The notes under the pieces are model-generated. The model saw only the letters and a program-made list of their open reading frames with translations, made no database searches and had not been told where the DNA came from. A stretch of DNA of 64,000 bases from Candidatus Caldarchaeales archaeon. GTDB lineage: Archaea > Thermoproteota > Nitrososphaeria_A > Caldarchaeales > Wolframiiraptoraceae. The DNA lies in assembly GCA_039630055.1 (NCBI GenBank), contig JBCNVN010000004.1:11076-75075 (forward strand), read 5' to 3'. The translations under genes and the position numbers were made by a program. Of this stretch, positions 62,122-64,000 are shown one piece after another; positions within the stretch are counted from its first letter, which is position 1, and the number at the start of each line of letters is the position of its first letter.

Positions 62122-64000
62122 TCAAGAAGAACCAGATCTCTTATCTTTCTTCTTCAATTTTTCAGCCAATTCTCCCAGGACTTCATCAACCTTCTCCCCA
62201 CTCATCTCTAATTTTCTGATAACCTCATCTAAGGTTACAACAGGTGCTTTCTTAATCTCTTCCTCTTCTATATCTTCATCTACTCTTTCCATTGAGGGTG
62301 ATGGTTCAGATGGTAAAGGAATCATTATAGATGATTCTCTTCGTCTTCTTAGAGATCTGATCACGGCTACAGCTACCAGAGATGTTGTAACCATAATAGT
62401 TAAAATGATTATTTGGAGAGAAGTCCATGAAAGAGGAATAGTTATGAAGATAGGTGAAGAGCTCTTTATATCAAACTCTCTCTGTATATGGTTATTCTGG
62501 TAGATAATGATGGCGATCAGATTTACCGATGGGAATGGGCCGACATTATAAAGTTGACCATTATTATCGGTGACCCCCTCATATAGTAATCTACCATCTT
62601 CCGTCTTAACGATTATCCTTGCACCTTCGACAGGTAGCCCCAGATAGTCGGTAACCTTGAAAGAAGTCTTAAAGACCCTTACAAGTATTCTAATAGAGTA
62701 AGGTGAATTTTCTTCTATCTTTAATTCTTCCATGGATTTTACATCAAATCCCTTCCATGTTGAGCTTATGATAATCCAGTCTCCAGTTCTCATCCATGTT
62801 TGAGAACTTGAAGAGACTTTTTTCACCTCCCCATCCTTATGTTTGATTACGAAGTCCACACCCTCAATAAACTCGTTATTCAATGAGATCGCTTGAAGGA
62901 TGACTTTCTTTTCAATAGAGTATTCTGCGGTTACCTTCATGGGAGACTTGACTCCGTTGATGATGCATAGATCGTCTTGAACGATGCTACACCCTATCCA
63001 CTTATCGAAAATCATCCTCGTGTAGTTATCTAGCGGTAAGATTCTGGGAGCTAGTATATCATATGTCTCATCTTCAAGTATCCATCGCTCCCTTTCTACG
63101 CCGGAATTTTTAGGTGTCTCGATAACTACCAGATATTTCTTAACCCATATTGCTTTGATGATCAATGGCTCCCTTAGATTGGGAATTTCGATTATAGGGT
63201 TAGATGATATAATGCTCCCTGTCCATCCTTTAAAGATTGTTTTTACACCATTTTCTATTTCTCTCTCAATGGGTGTGGCATTTATGATTAGATGGCTTCC
63301 TCTCTCTATCCACCCAGTCTTTTCTACGGTTATCGGATTCTCTGTCTCTATTGAGACCCAGTAGTAAACCCTCCAATCTGCTCTAGCTCTTACCGGTCCA
63401 TCTATAAAGATATCCAGGATAGGGGTCGTCGAGGATATCCCATTACTCCATCTATCAAAGACTATCTTAGTACTATTTGGCCAGATGACTTCATCTTGTA
63501 TCTTATCAAAAATGAGTCTAGAACCATGCTCCATCCAATTATCGAGAAGTATCGGTTTGATATAGTTCGATTCCAGTAATACGTGATGATACTTTTTCCA
63601 TACAGCTTGAATGACTATAGGTGAATAAACCTCAATCTTGACAGGTCCATTAATGATTTCACGATCTTCATAATTTTCTGGTCGAAAGTCTATTATGAAT
63701 CTCTCGAGCTCTACCTTCGTCTCCCCATCATTCATATAGATTACATCTTTTCCTGGCTCAATAGTGATTGTCTCACCTTCATTAAACCAGCCACTCTCAA
63801 TATCTAGTGGATATTCAGAGACTATTTCAACATAGTATAATGTTCTCCAAACCGCTTTAGCTATTAGAGGCCTATCGAGCCTCTCGATATATATGTCTGC
63901 TTTTTCACTCTCTATATCTCCAGTCCATCTAGAGAAGATCTTTCTGATACCTTCTCCAAAATCCCAAATCTCTTGAATATCATATGCTACTAGAGAACCT
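62122..64000 (-). CDS. Large repeat-containing cell-surface protein, C-terminally membrane-anchored (5' end beyond window)
   Basis: I checked the frame codon by codon and it stays open from 63735 to the window end. At least four repeats of the type F-x-x-W-x-G...A-x-W-x-x-x-Y-x-V are present. A CarboxypepD_reg-like segment follows (VTDYLGLPVEGARIIVKTEDGRLLYEGVTDNNGQ). Then come a TM helix (LQIIILTIMVTTSLVAVAVI), RRRRE and an acidic cytoplasmic tail. Confidence 0.7.
   Translation of the reverse strand, partial: GSLVAYDIQEIWDFGEGIRKIFSRWTGDIESEKADIYIERLDRPLIAKAVWRTLYYVEIVSEYPLDIESGWFNEGETITIEPGKDVIYMNDGETKVELERFIIDFRPENYEDREIINGPVKIEVYSPIVIQAVWKKYHHVLLESNYIKPILLDNWMEHGSRLIFDKIQDEVIWPNSTKIVFDRWSNGISSTTPILDIFIDGPVRARADWRVYYWVSIETENPITVEKTGWIERGSHLIINATPIEREIENGVKTIFKGWTGSIISSNPIIEIPNLREPLIIKAIWVKKYLVVIETPKNSGVERERWILEDETYDILAPRILPLDNYTRMIFDKWIGCSIVQDDLCIINGVKSPMKVTAEYSIEKKVILQAISLNNEFIEGVDFVIKHKDGEVKKVSSSSQTWMRTGDWIIISSTWKGFDVKSMEELKIEENSPYSIRILVRVFKTSFKVTDYLGLPVEGARIIVKTEDGRLLYEGVTDNNGQLYNVGPFPSVNLIAIIIYQNNHIQREFDIKSSSPIFITIPLSWTSLQIIILTIMVTTSLVAVAVIRSLRRRRESSIMIPLPSEPSPSMERVDEDIEEEEIKKAPVVTLDEVIRKLEMSGEKVDEVLGELAEKLKKKDKRSGSS

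Noticed and set aside
1-64000. CRISPR arrays, cas genes, IS elements/transposases, toxin-antitoxin or other recognisable defence modules.
   Set aside because: I saw no regularly spaced direct repeats and no nuclease, transposase or integrase signatures. The only mobile element I can support is the RFC intein.

Overview
This window is a densely coding chromosomal segment from an AT-rich archaeon that looks TACK/Thermoproteota-like. Lineage markers are MCM with an overlapping GINS gene, Orc1/Cdc6, RFC large and small subunits (the small one carries a 443-aa intein), aEF-2, a crenactin operon, Taw1, ribosomal protein S4 and an intron-containing tRNA-Gly. I found no rRNA genes, CRISPR arrays, transposases or integrases.

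Functional blocks, in order:
- 1-1.6 kb: mcm/gins and the tRNA.
- 2.2-10 kb: a PadR regulator with an ABC-2 exporter, and a BMP-family (nucleoside-type) ABC importer.
- 10.2-31.3 kb: a catabolic island. Two paralogous three-subunit molybdenum-hydroxylase (xanthine dehydrogenase family) operons face each other. Between them lie a DUF1116/DUF2877/beta-grasp(GG)/FdrA module, prpB-prpD, a Na+-pumping methylmalonyl-CoA decarboxylase, birA and bioY.
- 32-37 kb: replication genes.
- 37-46 kb: housekeeping genes and the crenactin operon.
- 46.6-64 kb: EF-2, an amino-acid ABC importer, Mrp/ApbC, Taw1, Moco genes (moaC, moaB, moeA) split by rps4, and a 5'-truncated repeat-rich surface protein.

Most notable observations:
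- A 151-bp block is 100% identical, in inverted orientation, between the two otherwise diverged 2Fe-2S subunit genes.
- The FdrA-type module contains an embedded ubiquitin-like GG protein and an untracked 57-aa ORF.
- The RFC intein starts with Ser1 and has two LAGLIDADG-like motifs.
- An MBL-fold gene has a conserved N-terminus that can only be reached through a CTG (non-canonical) start.
- The three-gene crenactin operon is translationally coupled.

All functional calls come from reading motifs by eye. No database search was possible.
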